This document shows, in pieces, positions 28,751 through 38,470 of a stretch of DNA of 64,000 nt. The translations under genes were made by a program, and so were the position numbers. The notes beneath the pieces were generated by a model. It ran no database searches. It had not been told where the DNA came from and saw only the letters and a list, made by a program, of their open reading frames with translations. Source of the DNA: a virus. Taxonomy: Duplodnaviria; Heunggongvirae; Uroviricota; Caudoviricetes. The stretch lies in IMG/VR virus record IMGVR_UViG_3300010882_000010, one strand, 5' to 3'. Within the stretch, counting starts at the first letter, position 1. The number at the start of each line of letters is the position of its first letter.

Positions 28751-29257
28751 ATGGAAATTTTATCAAAGAAAAATCCAAAAACCGATAATTCTGCTGGACT
28801 TTTAATGTGGGATATTATTAATGGAGTTCCTAAAATTTTACTTTGTCATCCAGGAGGACCATATTATGCAAATAAAGATGCAAAAGGTTGGTCAATTCCA
28901 AAAGGTTTAATTGAGGGTGGCGAGTACAAATTTGCAGCAGCAATTAGAGAATTTTTTGAAGAAACACAAATTAGTCCACCTTTACAAAATATTAAGTATC
29001 TTGATTTAGGTTTTGTTACATACAAATCCGGAAAACAAGTATATGCTTGGGCTTTTCAAGGTAAATTTCCTGGTAAGATTATTTCTAATAAATTTGAAAT
29101 GGAGTTTCCTAAAGGAAGCGGAAAAACAGAGTGGTTTCCCGAAAATGATAAAGGAGAAATGTTTACGTTAAAAGAAGCAAGAGATAAAATTGTAGTTTCT
29201 CAAGAACCATTCCTTGATAAAATGGAAAAATGGTTTAAAGATAATCTCTACATCTAA
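28751..29257 (+). CDS. NUDIX hydrolase
   Basis: LLCHPGGPY..KD..GWSIPKG..AAIREFFEET (Nudix box). Confidence 0.88.
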   Translation: MEILSKKNPKTDNSAGLLMWDIINGVPKILLCHPGGPYYANKDAKGWSIPKGLIEGGEYKFAAAIREFFEETQISPPLQNIKYLDLGFVTYKSGKQVYAWAFQGKFPGKIISNKFEMEFPKGSGKTEWFPENDKGEMFTLKEARDKIVVSQEPFLDKMEKWFKDNLYI

Positions 29258-29260
29258 ATT

Positions 29261-29314
29261 GTTAGTAACTTTTTCTAAATTTTAAGTTTTGTATCAGTAT
29301 TTTTAGTATTTTTA
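29261..29314 (+). promoter_or_regulatory. Class I bipartite early promoter
   Basis: GTTAGTAAC at 29261, TATTTTTA at +46. Confidence 0.7.
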
Positions 29315-29344
29315 CAGTATCAAAATTAATCAAAATTCAAAACA

Positions 29345-29815
29345 ATGGAAAATCAAGTTTACATCATTTTTAATCTTGACACTCAAAAAGTGGAAGGATT
29401 TGCAGTTTATACTGATAAAGAATTTGCAGAACGTCGTAGAAACGAATTGTTTGCAGAAAAAATTAGTTATGGTCATTATGATAAGGATGAAAGAAATCCT
29501 TATGAGGTTAGACCTATGAATGTTTGTAATTATACAAACGCTTCTTACAACCAAGTTTTTGTTGGACCAATTCAAGATGGTTACGAATTTGAAGATAAAG
29601 GAGACGATGAAGGTCTTTTTATCGAAGTTAATAATTTAGTACGCTTTAATGATAAAGTTTATCGTGCCGAAAGTGAACCTAATAATACTTGTGAAAAGTA
29701 TCTTTGTCAATTTTGTGATTTAGATTTTCGTTCAAGAGAATGTCAATGTTTAGTTTGTGCTTTTGAGTGTAGAGAAGACGCAAAAGGTGTAGTTTTTAAA
29801 TTAGTTCAACTTTAA
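29345..29815 (+). CDS. Hypothetical protein with C-terminal Cys-rich domain
   Basis: CQFCDL..ECQCLVC..REDAKGVVFK. Confidence 0.7.
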   Translation: MENQVYIIFNLDTQKVEGFAVYTDKEFAERRRNELFAEKISYGHYDKDERNPYEVRPMNVCNYTNASYNQVFVGPIQDGYEFEDKGDDEGLFIEVNNLVRFNDKVYRAESEPNNTCEKYLCQFCDLDFRSRECQCLVCAFECREDAKGVVFKLVQL

Positions 29816-29826
29816 TATCAAAAATT

Positions 29827-30000
29827 ATGTTACCAGATAAAATATCACCAGCAGAATATCAAGCACTTTCAGAGCAAAATAAAAGATTTTATCCAGCTTA
29901 TTATCGGAAAGGTAATGAAATAATTGAGTATATCTCAAGTGCTGAATCCCAAAGAGCATGGGATAATACAAGAGCACAACATGCCTATGGATGTTATTAA
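29827..30000 (+). CDS. Small hypothetical protein
   Basis: 57 aa ORF filling a gap (not in ORF track). Confidence 0.55.
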   Translation: MLPDKISPAEYQALSEQNKRFYPAYYRKGNEIIEYISSAESQRAWDNTRAQHAYGCY

Positions 30001-30025
30001 AAATTAATTAAAAATTCAAAATATC

Positions 30026-30454
30026 ATGGCACTATTAGAAAAATTAAAAGAAGCAAAAAGTAATGTAGACAAAACACGTTCTATTTTACATAGAGCTTTA
30101 GAGGCTCAATATGAGCTTTTAAGAGAATCAGCAGCAGAATTAGCTACTTTAATGGTAGAATTACAAAAAGAAAAATATCCAGACTACAAATTTTGGTATC
30201 ATATTCCAGGTACAAATGGTATGATATCAGTTGAATTATTAGAAGTGGTTCCAGGACAGTCTGGTAAAGTAAAGTTTTTAGCAAAAGAAAATGGTAAAAT
30301 GAGGGAATTTAGCTACATTTTTCCAAGTGAATTAGAGTTTACTAAACTTTGTGAAGACGGTAAAACTTTAAATAGAGATAAAAAAGTTACTAAAACTTGT
30401 GCTGATATCTACAAGGAAGCTTTAGGTATTAAGAAAATTTCAGAAATTCTTTAA
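30026..30454 (+). CDS. Hypothetical protein
   Basis: Intact ORF. Confidence 0.65.
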   Translation: MALLEKLKEAKSNVDKTRSILHRALEAQYELLRESAAELATLMVELQKEKYPDYKFWYHIPGTNGMISVELLEVVPGQSGKVKFLAKENGKMREFSYIFPSELEFTKLCEDGKTLNRDKKVTKTCADIYKEALGIKKISEIL

Positions 30455-30478
30455 AAAATCAATCAAAATTTCAATAAT

Positions 30479-30715
30479 ATGGAAAATCAAAATTATCGCA
30501 CTTTACCAGAAGATTTCAAATTTCAGGCTGGTAAAAATTATCAAGTAAAGTATCGTAAAACAACACATCGTTTTATTTTTGAAAAAGAATTTGACATGTA
30601 CCGTCATGAGCACAATAAAGAAGTTTCTGGTTATGTTACTAATGATGATATGTTTGGACATCTTGAGTATTATTATAATCATGATGAAAAATCAAAAATC
30701 GAAGAAGTAAAATAA
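30479..30715 (+). CDS. Hypothetical protein
   Basis: Intact ORF. Confidence 0.65.
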   Translation: MENQNYRTLPEDFKFQAGKNYQVKYRKTTHRFIFEKEFDMYRHEHNKEVSGYVTNDDMFGHLEYYYNHDEKSKIEEVK

Positions 30716-30984
30716 TGAAATCAGCGTTTAAATTATCAAGAATTCATGACACAGAGGCAAGGAAGTGTATCATTTGCAAAAATGTTGTTTCCTACAAAAA
30801 ATACATTTCAGTTGCTTGGTTAAAATCTTACAGACATGTTGATGTTAATAATTTTACAGATGGTGTAGTTTGTAGAGGTACTTGTTGTGATCAATGGATA
30901 AAAGAAAATCTAAAACTTTATGCAATTACAAAGAGCATGGATGAAGCTACACTTAATGAACAAAAAAAGAAAACTACCTATTGA
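30715..30984 (+). CDS. Cys-containing hypothetical protein
   Basis: CIIC..CRGTCC; frame stays open 25 codons past the TGA. Confidence 0.6.
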   Translation: MKSAFKLSRIHDTEARKCIICKNVVSYKKYISVAWLKSYRHVDVNNFTDGVVCRGTCCDQWIKENLKLYAITKSMDEATLNEQKKKTTY

Positions 30985-31094
30985 CAATGCAATGAGAATA
31001 TTGCCAGAAAAGTACAAGGTAAAAAAGTAGGTTGTAGATTACAAAATATCAAAGTTACTTAAGAAATTAGGTAACTTTTTTCTTTTTAAAAGTG

Positions 31095-31124
31095 CAACTT
31101 TTCAAGTATTTTGAATAATAATAG
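31095..31124 (+). promoter_or_regulatory. Class II putative promoter
   Basis: CAACTTTTC-N9-GAATAATAATAG. Confidence 0.4.
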
Positions 31125-31138
31125 AAAGATTTTTAAAG

Positions 31139-31315
31139 ATGGATCAAGAAGAAAATTTAGTAAAACAATTCTTAGAAAACAGAGAAAAGTACTTAAAATT
31201 TGCTAAAGATAGATGTAGAATAATTAATGATCCTCTTACAAGGGCGATAAGAACAATTAAAAACGTGGATCCAAAACTATTTAATCTTACAGATAGTATT
31301 GAATGGCATAGTTAG
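31139..31315 (+). CDS. Small hypothetical protein
   Basis: 58 aa ORF after the promoter (not in ORF track). Confidence 0.55.
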   Translation: MDQEENLVKQFLENREKYLKFAKDRCRIINDPLTRAIRTIKNVDPKLFNLTDSIEWHS

Positions 31316-31339
31316 TAATTATTAAAAAAGAAAACTAAG

Positions 31340-31678
31340 ATGACAGAAAAACAAATTTATAATAAATTACAGGATTTAGTTAATTTAGATCCATTAAAAC
31401 TTACTCTTAAGCGAAAAGTAGAAGGAAGAACAATTAAGTTTATTGTTGAATATCAAGAAGAAAAATTAACAGGTTTAAGGGTTTTAGGAATTGTTGAAAA
31501 TCAAAATTTTTTAAAACAAAATGCAGAATTAGGTGATGTTTGTTATGCGGGTGATGTGAATACAGGCGATATGCAACTTTGGATTTTTAATGGTACAAAG
31601 TGGGAGCAAATTAATTTCATGACTCTGGAAGAAAAAACTGAATTTTTTCTTAAAGTTGAAAAAGAGGAGATATTATAA
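31340..31678 (+). CDS. Hypothetical protein
   Basis: Intact ORF. Confidence 0.65.
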   Translation: MTEKQIYNKLQDLVNLDPLKLTLKRKVEGRTIKFIVEYQEEKLTGLRVLGIVENQNFLKQNAELGDVCYAGDVNTGDMQLWIFNGTKWEQINFMTLEEKTEFFLKVEKEEIL

Positions 31679-31932
31679 TGGCAGAATTTAATGGAGAATG
31701 GTATCATTCTCGGGATCAATCAGATTGGTGTGGTGTTATCGGACCAAATTGGACAGGTTGTAAAACAGATAAAGGTCCTGGAATAACAAGCAAAGTAATT
31801 TCAACATCCGATGAATTAGAATACACAACAGGTGGAAAGTATGATATTTTTGGAACTATTGTAAAATCTTGTCAAGGATCAAAAAAGAAAGAACGTTATC
31901 TTAAAGTTGAAATAGAAACAATAATACCATAA
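31678..31932 (+). CDS. Hypothetical protein
   Basis: TAATG overlap. Confidence 0.6.
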   Translation: MAEFNGEWYHSRDQSDWCGVIGPNWTGCKTDKGPGITSKVISTSDELEYTTGGKYDIFGTIVKSCQGSKKKERYLKVEIETIIP

Positions 31933-31934
31933 TA

Positions 31935-32366
31935 ATGAAAGAATCAGAAAAAACACAAAAGTACAAAATAGGTGAACAAGTAATTTGTTGTGGCTGGTGT
32001 ACAACATCATTACAAACTATTAAAGATATTGATTGGATTTATCATCCAAGATTAGAACAATATTGCTGGGGATACAGATTTGAAACAGGAGTGGGGATTT
32101 CTTCAACTGGTCTTACTTTTAATTTTGTGCCAGAAGGATATTTAAGAAAAATTCATACCATGGAAGAAGTAGAAAAGATAGTTTGTCCAAAATGTGGAGT
32201 TTTATTGCATGAAGCAACTTATTATGCAAATCCTAAAGAACTAGAACTTAAAATGGCAACTAAAGAAATTGAAACAATAAAAGAACAGGGAATCACTCAC
32301 TATCATTGTAATGAAAAATGTGGAGAAAATTGTTGCGGTGTGTATGTTTGGATTAAAAAAGATTAA
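31935..32366 (+). CDS. Hypothetical protein with zinc ribbon
   Basis: CPKCG...CNEKCG. Confidence 0.65.
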   Translation: MKESEKTQKYKIGEQVICCGWCTTSLQTIKDIDWIYHPRLEQYCWGYRFETGVGISSTGLTFNFVPEGYLRKIHTMEEVEKIVCPKCGVLLHEATYYANPKELELKMATKEIETIKEQGITHYHCNEKCGENCCGVYVWIKKD

Positions 32367-32369
32367 GAT

Positions 32370-32819
32370 ATGAAACAATTAACTATAGCACTTGTTGCGC
32401 ATGATAGAAGAAAAGCTGATATGTTAGAATGGGTAAAACATAATATGGTATTTTTAACAAGCCATAAACTTGTATGTACTGGAACAACAGGTGGATTAAT
32501 TGAAAATTTAATGAACAGTCATTATTTTCCTGTCGAACGAACTTACGAAATTATAAAAATGAATAGTGGACCTCTTGGTGGAGATGCTGAAATCGCAGCA
32601 ATGGTTGTAAGAAAAGAAATTGACCTTGCTATTTTTCTTATTGACGATCTCAATCCTCATCCACATACTACTGATATAAATATGTTACTAAGACAATGTA
32701 GAATACATAATGTCCCTATAGCATGTAACAGATATTCAGCAGATTTAATGATAACAAGTACTTTATGGGATGAAGATAACTATGTTCCTTCTGAACCTAA
32801 GTATATTGAATTAAATTAA
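32370..32819 (+). CDS. mgsA: Methylglyoxal synthase
   Basis: IALVAHD.RK, CTGTTG, SGPLGGD, PHPH..DI..LLR.C..HNVP.ACN..SAD. Confidence 0.93.
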   Translation: MKQLTIALVAHDRRKADMLEWVKHNMVFLTSHKLVCTGTTGGLIENLMNSHYFPVERTYEIIKMNSGPLGGDAEIAAMVVRKEIDLAIFLIDDLNPHPHTTDINMLLRQCRIHNVPIACNRYSADLMITSTLWDEDNYVPSEPKYIELN

Positions 32820-33108
32820 GTTCCCTTTCTAAATTTATATCATTTGGTATTTTAAATTCAAACTTAAAATCTTGTTCTATAAACGCTTTTTGTTTTATAA
32901 GATTTTTTTCTTTATGTAATTTAAAAGTATAATCACTTTTTACTTCTATAATTTTGTTATCAGATATAATATAAAAATCAGGATAATAATTATGAATACT
33001 ATTTTTATATTCATATTTTATACATTTTCTTATTTCAATATCTTCTTCTTTGTAAGTTTTTAAAAGTTCATCTAAAATTTGTGGTTCATATCCTTGAAGT
33101 TTTAGATA
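32797..33108 (-). pseudogene. Start-less remnant of a PD-(D/E)xK homing-type endonuclease
   Basis: 103-codon open frame LQGYEPQILDELL...YYPDFYI...IIEVKSDYT; stop codon immediately upstream and no Met. Confidence 0.65.
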
Positions 33109-33261
33109 TTATTACTTTTGATATTATTTATGGAATTGAAAAAGAAGAAATTTTAGAACAATTTTTAAATGTAAAAAAGGAAGAAATATTATAGGTTTTA
33201 AATTATAATTTTGTATAGAGGACTTAGAAATGAGTCTTCTTTTTATTTTAAAAAATTCAAA

Positions 33262-33269
33262 TATATAAT
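33262..33269 (+). promoter_or_regulatory. Putative late promoter (TATATAAT)
   Basis: Same TATATAATAAAA context as 63051; heads the internal-protein array. Confidence 0.4.
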
Positions 33270-33285
33270 AAAATTAAAGGTAAGA

Positions 33286-33564
33286 ATGAATAATTTATTT
33301 TTAGGTCATGTTTATATTGAAAATAATATTGAATATAGACCTACTAAAGAAAATAAACAATTTATAGTAGGTTTACATCTTACAAGACCTCTTAATTCCG
33401 GAATTTGGTTACATAATTTAAGTGGAGATTCAATTTATTTTCCTAAAACCGGATTTATAGCTGGCGGAATTTATAATTATCCAATAATTAAAATAGTTTA
33501 TGAAGATCCAGAAAGTGATAATAATGCTTTCTTGGGTTGTTATTATAATAAAATTAATAAATAA
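33286..33564 (+). CDS. Hypothetical protein
   Basis: ATG 33286 is the likely start. Confidence 0.55.
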   Translation: MNNLFLGHVYIENNIEYRPTKENKQFIVGLHLTRPLNSGIWLHNLSGDSIYFPKTGFIAGGIYNYPIIKIVYEDPESDNNAFLGCYYNKINK

Positions 33565-33567
33565 GTA

Positions 33568-34062
33568 ATGAAACAAAGAATACCAATATTTGAAGATTTT
33601 ATAAATGAAGTAAGTAGAGGTCCAAAACAATTATATTATTATCTTATTTGGAATAATGGAAAGGAGGAAATTATTTCAGGATATAGTTTTAGTAATGCGT
33701 TAGAAATAGCAGATTACAATATTTCTAATTCTCAATTACCAGACCAATTAAAAAGTTGGAAAGAAGTTAATAGAAGTGAAGCTATTAAATTAGATAAAAA
33801 AATAAGAACTAATGAAGGTTTTGGATATTTTGGCTCTGATGAGTATTTAGAATCAAGAATAGAAACTATTGAAAGCTTAAAGAAGGGAGATAAAATTCAA
33901 GTTATTCTTAATGATAAACAAGAATTGAATGGTGATTTTATTATGGCAGAATTTAATAAAAATGATTATGAAGAAGGTATTATTTGGATGAAGTTATTAA
34001 AAAATGGTAGAAAAGAAAAACTTACAATAGGTAGTATTGAAGAAATTAAAAAATTGAAATAA
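33568..34062 (+). CDS. Putative internal head protein 1
   Basis: Leader MKQRIPIFEDFINE. Confidence 0.65.
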   Translation: MKQRIPIFEDFINEVSRGPKQLYYYLIWNNGKEEIISGYSFSNALEIADYNISNSQLPDQLKSWKEVNRSEAIKLDKKIRTNEGFGYFGSDEYLESRIETIESLKKGDKIQVILNDKQELNGDFIMAEFNKNDYEEGIIWMKLLKNGRKEKLTIGSIEEIKKLK

Positions 34063-34065
34063 GCA

Positions 34066-35067
34066 ATGAAACAAAGAATATCTAATCTTGAAACATACTT
34101 AAACGAGTCTTCAAATGATTCTTATGAATTATTGAAATCTGTTTTATTAGATAAAAAAGGTAAACTTAAAACCGAATATACTGATTATATTTATAATTCA
34201 ACAAGTTTTACTTATAATAAAAAAGAGGATAGATTTGAATGGAGACTTTATTTAGATAGAGGTGAAAATCCAAAAGAATTTTTATTAAATATTATTGAAG
34301 ATTTCAATAGTAAAAAAGATGGCGGTCTTGAAGATTATTTTAGAGAAAAAGTTCAGGATGCTTATATGGAAATTGAGTTTGAAATAGAAAAAAATTTAAT
34401 AAATGCTACAGCAAAATATCTTTCTGAAATAGGAATTGAAAGTTATGAGTATGATGATATTAGAGAACTTATTGTTTATGATTATTTTATGATAGATTTT
34501 GAGCCTATTTTTAAAACAATTTATAGAACAGATGTGCAAGTTGCTTTAGTTCTTAATGCAAATGATGATATGAATTATGAAGGATATAATAATTTAATTT
34601 CAGACAATGATAATTCTGTTACAATTAAAGAAATTACACAAAAGGGAAGTTCGTGGGGATGGTTATTAAAATCACAAGGATATACACCAAAACAATTACA
34701 AAATGCTATTATTGAAGAAGTAGATGAAGGTAAATTTATTAACTCTTGTAGAAAAGAAATAAGAAATATGAGTTATGGTGGATTTATTACTTTCTTAGGA
34801 ACAATGACTATTAAAGATTTTCTTGAAATAAAAAGTTCAGTAAAAGGTAGAAGTTCTATTACAGTTTCTAAAGATTGTACTTGTGGTATTTATGGACCAT
34901 ACAATGGATCTGGTAGTATTTTAGGTATTGAATTGGAAAAAAATATTCAAATTCCTTATAATTCAGATAAATGGAGATTAGATTTGGATAATTATAGTGA
35001 AATGGGTTATGATATTCAAGACGTATTTTCTTTAGCAAGCGCTGCTTTTAAAGGTGGAATTTGGTAA
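34066..35067 (+). CDS. Putative internal head protein 2
   Basis: Leader MKQRISNLETYLNE. Confidence 0.65.
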   Translation: MKQRISNLETYLNESSNDSYELLKSVLLDKKGKLKTEYTDYIYNSTSFTYNKKEDRFEWRLYLDRGENPKEFLLNIIEDFNSKKDGGLEDYFREKVQDAYMEIEFEIEKNLINATAKYLSEIGIESYEYDDIRELIVYDYFMIDFEPIFKTIYRTDVQVALVLNANDDMNYEGYNNLISDNDNSVTIKEITQKGSSWGWLLKSQGYTPKQLQNAIIEEVDEGKFINSCRKEIRNMSYGGFITFLGTMTIKDFLEIKSSVKGRSSITVSKDCTCGIYGPYNGSGSILGIELEKNIQIPYNSDKWRLDLDNYSEMGYDIQDVFSLASAAFKGGIW

Positions 35068-35113
35068 AAAATAACAGGATTATATCCTACATTATTATAA
35101 AAAATAATTAACT

Positions 35114-35326
35114 ATGAATAAACGTATTAGTAATTTAAATGATTTTATGAATGAAGATGTTGATTTTTCAAAAGATATTAAAATATATTCTTATAAAGAC
35201 GATTTAATAATTTCAAAACATTGGAAAGACAATTATTTTTTGGTTGAAATACCGGGTATAACACGTATAAAATTACCTAAAACAGAAATTTCATCATTGG
35301 CAATATTTTTTAATAATATTAAATAA
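35114..35326 (+). CDS. Putative internal head protein 3
   Basis: Leader MNKRISNLNDFMNE. Confidence 0.65.
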   Translation: MNKRISNLNDFMNEDVDFSKDIKIYSYKDDLIISKHWKDNYFLVEIPGITRIKLPKTEISSLAIFFNNIK

Positions 35327-35374
35327 AACTTACAATAATATAGGGTATATTCCTGAAAAATAATAAATATAATA

Positions 35375-35800
35375 ATGAAATCATTTGGAGAAATATTAAA
35401 TGAAGCACAAAAGCTTGATTATTATGTTGTAAATACTTTTGGTAGTGCAGCACAATATCCAATTACATCATCTGTAAAAGGATTTGAAATAAAAAGAGAA
35501 CCTATTAAACCTATTTCTATTTACGGAAATTATAATGTAGGAATGGATGATGAAGGTACAAATAATGTTACTGTTGTAAATTTACAATTTGAAATGTCAG
35601 ATAATTCTAAATTTGATATTGGAGTTGATAGTAGGAATCCAAAAAGAGAAAATCTTACTATTAGAGTAGATGGAAAACGACCATTTTCTTATAGTTTTGG
35701 AATTTTTGAAGATATTTTTAATAAAGAAGGAAATAAAGATGTAATTTATACTTGTTTAATTTTAATCAAGGAATTATTTTACGATAAATATGAAGGATAA
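35375..35800 (+). CDS. Putative internal head protein 4
   Basis: Leader MKSFGEILNE. Confidence 0.65.
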   Translation: MKSFGEILNEAQKLDYYVVNTFGSAAQYPITSSVKGFEIKREPIKPISIYGNYNVGMDDEGTNNVTVVNLQFEMSDNSKFDIGVDSRNPKRENLTIRVDGKRPFSYSFGIFEDIFNKEGNKDVIYTCLILIKELFYDKYEG

Positions 35801-35813
35801 AAAATAAATTATT

Positions 35814-36956
35814 ATGAAACAGAGATTTATTTCATTAGAAAATTATATTAAGGAAAATTGGGAAAATCAATTTGATTTTGCTAATAATCAACCAACTTGG
35901 AGAGATCCCACAGATTATATTGAAGTTGGAAAAGAAGTTACTATAGAAGGAACCGATTATGAAGTTCTTTCTATTGAAAAGTTTGGAAAAGATAGAGATG
36001 GTGGAAAAACAGTAGCAAAAATGACAGTTAAAGATTTAAAAACAGGTAATCCTCTTAAAGCAAAATGGAATGGATACATGCATGTTTTAGAAAATCTTAA
36101 TGAAGCTAAGGATTTAAGAACTTTAAGAAATCCAGAAAAATCTATACTTGGACAATTTTTTAAAGATAAAAAGAATGAAGAATCTTGGGCAGTTTTTGTT
36201 TATCATAATAATGGTCCAAACTGGAATATTGGGTATACATCTCAAAGATTTTGGGAAAGTCCAAAAGATTGGAATGTGTATGCTGATAATCTTAGTAAAA
36301 ATGACGCAATAGAAAAAGCCGAAAAGTTTTTATTGGATAATGAAGATAAAAGAAAAAGAGGTGAATCAAAATACTCAGACTTAAGAGGAGATGATGCAGT
36401 TTTCGTTGGAATCATTGAAGATAAAGAATTATTAGAATCAAAGGGTTATGAGTATTTAGGATCTTTGGAACATCCTGATATGAATGAAGGAATTTTTTAT
36501 AAGTTAGGACGTATGGTTTATGATATTGGAACTTCAGTAGGATTTAGTGTTGAGGCGGGAGAAAGAGGCGATCTTGATGTTACTTATAACAGGGTTAAAA
36601 AAACATGGGATTTTAATCCAAATATTCCTAAATCTTTACATAGCAAGATTAAAAAAGACATATTTTCAATAATAAATGAAGCAACAACGAGTAGTAAATG
36701 TTTTAATGAAGGGACAGTTAATGAAGTTAAAAGAGGAGCTTTTGATGGAAAAGAGTTAACAGATAAAGATATTGATGATTACTTTAAAACTATAGGTAAA
36801 ACGGGGATTATCGGACTTTGGAATAATATGATGTTTCATACCAGTTTAACAAGAGAAGAGCTTAAAGAAATTTTTGCGGAAAGAGGATATGATATGGAAA
36901 TTCCTAAAGAAGATTATAAACATGTAAAATTTGTAGGCTACAATAAAAATTACTAA
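35814..36956 (+). CDS. Putative internal head protein 5 (possible polyprotein)
   Basis: Leader MKQRFISLENYIKE; internal LNE/LLE/INE/FNE/VNE. Confidence 0.65.
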   Translation: MKQRFISLENYIKENWENQFDFANNQPTWRDPTDYIEVGKEVTIEGTDYEVLSIEKFGKDRDGGKTVAKMTVKDLKTGNPLKAKWNGYMHVLENLNEAKDLRTLRNPEKSILGQFFKDKKNEESWAVFVYHNNGPNWNIGYTSQRFWESPKDWNVYADNLSKNDAIEKAEKFLLDNEDKRKRGESKYSDLRGDDAVFVGIIEDKELLESKGYEYLGSLEHPDMNEGIFYKLGRMVYDIGTSVGFSVEAGERGDLDVTYNRVKKTWDFNPNIPKSLHSKIKKDIFSIINEATTSSKCFNEGTVNEVKRGAFDGKELTDKDIDDYFKTIGKTGIIGLWNNMMFHTSLTREELKEIFAERGYDMEIPKEDYKHVKFVGYNKNY

Positions 36957-36960
36957 ATAA

Positions 36961-37347
36961 ATGAAAATACCATTATTTGAGGACTTTATAAATGAATATA
37001 AATTTTCTACAATACAACAAGATTTAGGTGAAAATATATTATATTTTCATAATAATTTTTCTAAGGAACAAGAAAAACTAATAAGAACATATCTTAAATT
37101 ACCAAAAGATTATGATTTTGTTGCAAGTATTAGTGAATGGACTGAACCTCAAAAATATGAAAAAATTGAAAATATTATAAATCAAGAATTGGAACCTTGG
37201 GCAACTGTTGGAAATTTAGAATTTAGATTACTTGATTCTTTTGGTAAGATTAAAATTGTTGAATATAGAAATACTTATATAAAACAAAGAAAAACAACAA
37301 TATTTTTAATGAATCCAGATGTTGCAAGTGCAAATGGATTAGTTTAA
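36961..37347 (+). CDS. Putative internal head protein 6
   Basis: Leader MKIPLFEDFINE. Confidence 0.65.
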   Translation: MKIPLFEDFINEYKFSTIQQDLGENILYFHNNFSKEQEKLIRTYLKLPKDYDFVASISEWTEPQKYEKIENIINQELEPWATVGNLEFRLLDSFGKIKIVEYRNTYIKQRKTTIFLMNPDVASANGLV

Positions 37348-37362
37348 AATTAAAAAACTATT

Positions 37363-37641
37363 ATGAGAATACCATTATTTGAGGACTTTATAAATGAATA
37401 TAAAACTATAAATTTAACTGATTATCCAACAGAAGAGGTTGAAAAGAAAATTAATATTTTAGAAATTGGAGAAAAAGTTTTTCTTGTTAAAAAGGATGGT
37501 ATGAAAATTAGTAATTGTACTTTTGAAGGATTAATAAAAGATAATAAAAGTATTCAGATACAACAAAAAGGTGTCAGAGGAACATGGATTATTCCAATTG
37601 AAAATATTTTGAAAATAGATACTAAAGAATTTAGTTTATAA
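37363..37641 (+). CDS. Putative internal head protein 7
   Basis: Leader MRIPLFEDFINE. Confidence 0.65.
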   Translation: MRIPLFEDFINEYKTINLTDYPTEEVEKKINILEIGEKVFLVKKDGMKISNCTFEGLIKDNKSIQIQQKGVRGTWIIPIENILKIDTKEFSL

Positions 37642-37664
37642 AAATAAAATAAATAAAATAAATT

Positions 37665-38063
37665 ATGAAACAGTTTATCTCATCTTTTGATGAATTTATA
37701 GTTGAAGACTACGATTACCGTTTTGATACGGGAGATTATTATGATCGAAGAAAATCGCGGGATCCGCATGGATTTTCAACTGATTATGATAAAGATTTTT
37801 CATATTTAGTTGGAAAGACAGTAGGTCTTAAAACAGAAAGATATGGAAGAATTGACAAAGTAAGTGCCAAAATCAAACAAGTAGAAAATAATGGCGAAGA
37901 CATTGTATTGAACTTTGGAAATATTGGTGCTTTTGTAAATAAAGACGAACAAAAATCAAATGAAATTCCGTTAGATGTTATTGAAAAGGGTGGAAAAGTT
38001 TCAATTAGCGTTAGAGATATGAGTAGTGGTGATGATTGGAGAGGAATACTTAACATAAAATAG
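37665..38063 (+). CDS. Putative internal head protein 8
   Basis: Leader MKQFISSFDEFIVE. Confidence 0.65.
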   Translation: MKQFISSFDEFIVEDYDYRFDTGDYYDRRKSRDPHGFSTDYDKDFSYLVGKTVGLKTERYGRIDKVSAKIKQVENNGEDIVLNFGNIGAFVNKDEQKSNEIPLDVIEKGGKVSISVRDMSSGDDWRGILNIK

Positions 38064-38074
38064 AATTATAAAAT

Positions 38075-38443
38075 ATGAAACAAAGAATTCAAAATTTTGA
38101 ACAATATATAATTGAGGCAAGAAATATTAAAATTAATGGAGTTAATATTTCTAATGAAGACGAATTAAGAAAGGTTACAAATAAATTACCTGTTTTTGTT
38201 AAAAAAATATCTTTTAATGATTATGGTTCTGGATGGGGAAATTCTAATTATATTGGTTTAACTTTTGAAAAAGAATATGGTGTAGGAACTCTTAAAAAAT
38301 ATGCAAAAATATTTACTGAATTAATGCAAGAAGAGTTTCCAGGGTTTAAACCATTTGAAACTATAATTAATCCTATTTTAATAAATTCAGGTAAAAGAGA
38401 TTTAAGAAAAGAAGGGTTTGGAGATTTTATGTTAGTTTGGTAA
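38075..38443 (+). CDS. Putative internal head protein 9
   Basis: Leader MKQRIQNFEQYIIE. Confidence 0.65.
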   Translation: MKQRIQNFEQYIIEARNIKINGVNISNEDELRKVTNKLPVFVKKISFNDYGSGWGNSNYIGLTFEKEYGVGTLKKYAKIFTELMQEEFPGFKPFETIINPILINSGKRDLRKEGFGDFMLVW

Positions 38444-38470
38444 AGATAAAATGATAAAATAATAAAATAT

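Noticed and set aside
31067-31112. Twelfth class I promoter copy (TTAGGTAAC)
   Set aside because: Palindrome is broken and spacing to the TA box is 40 nt rather than 46-48; it fits class II better
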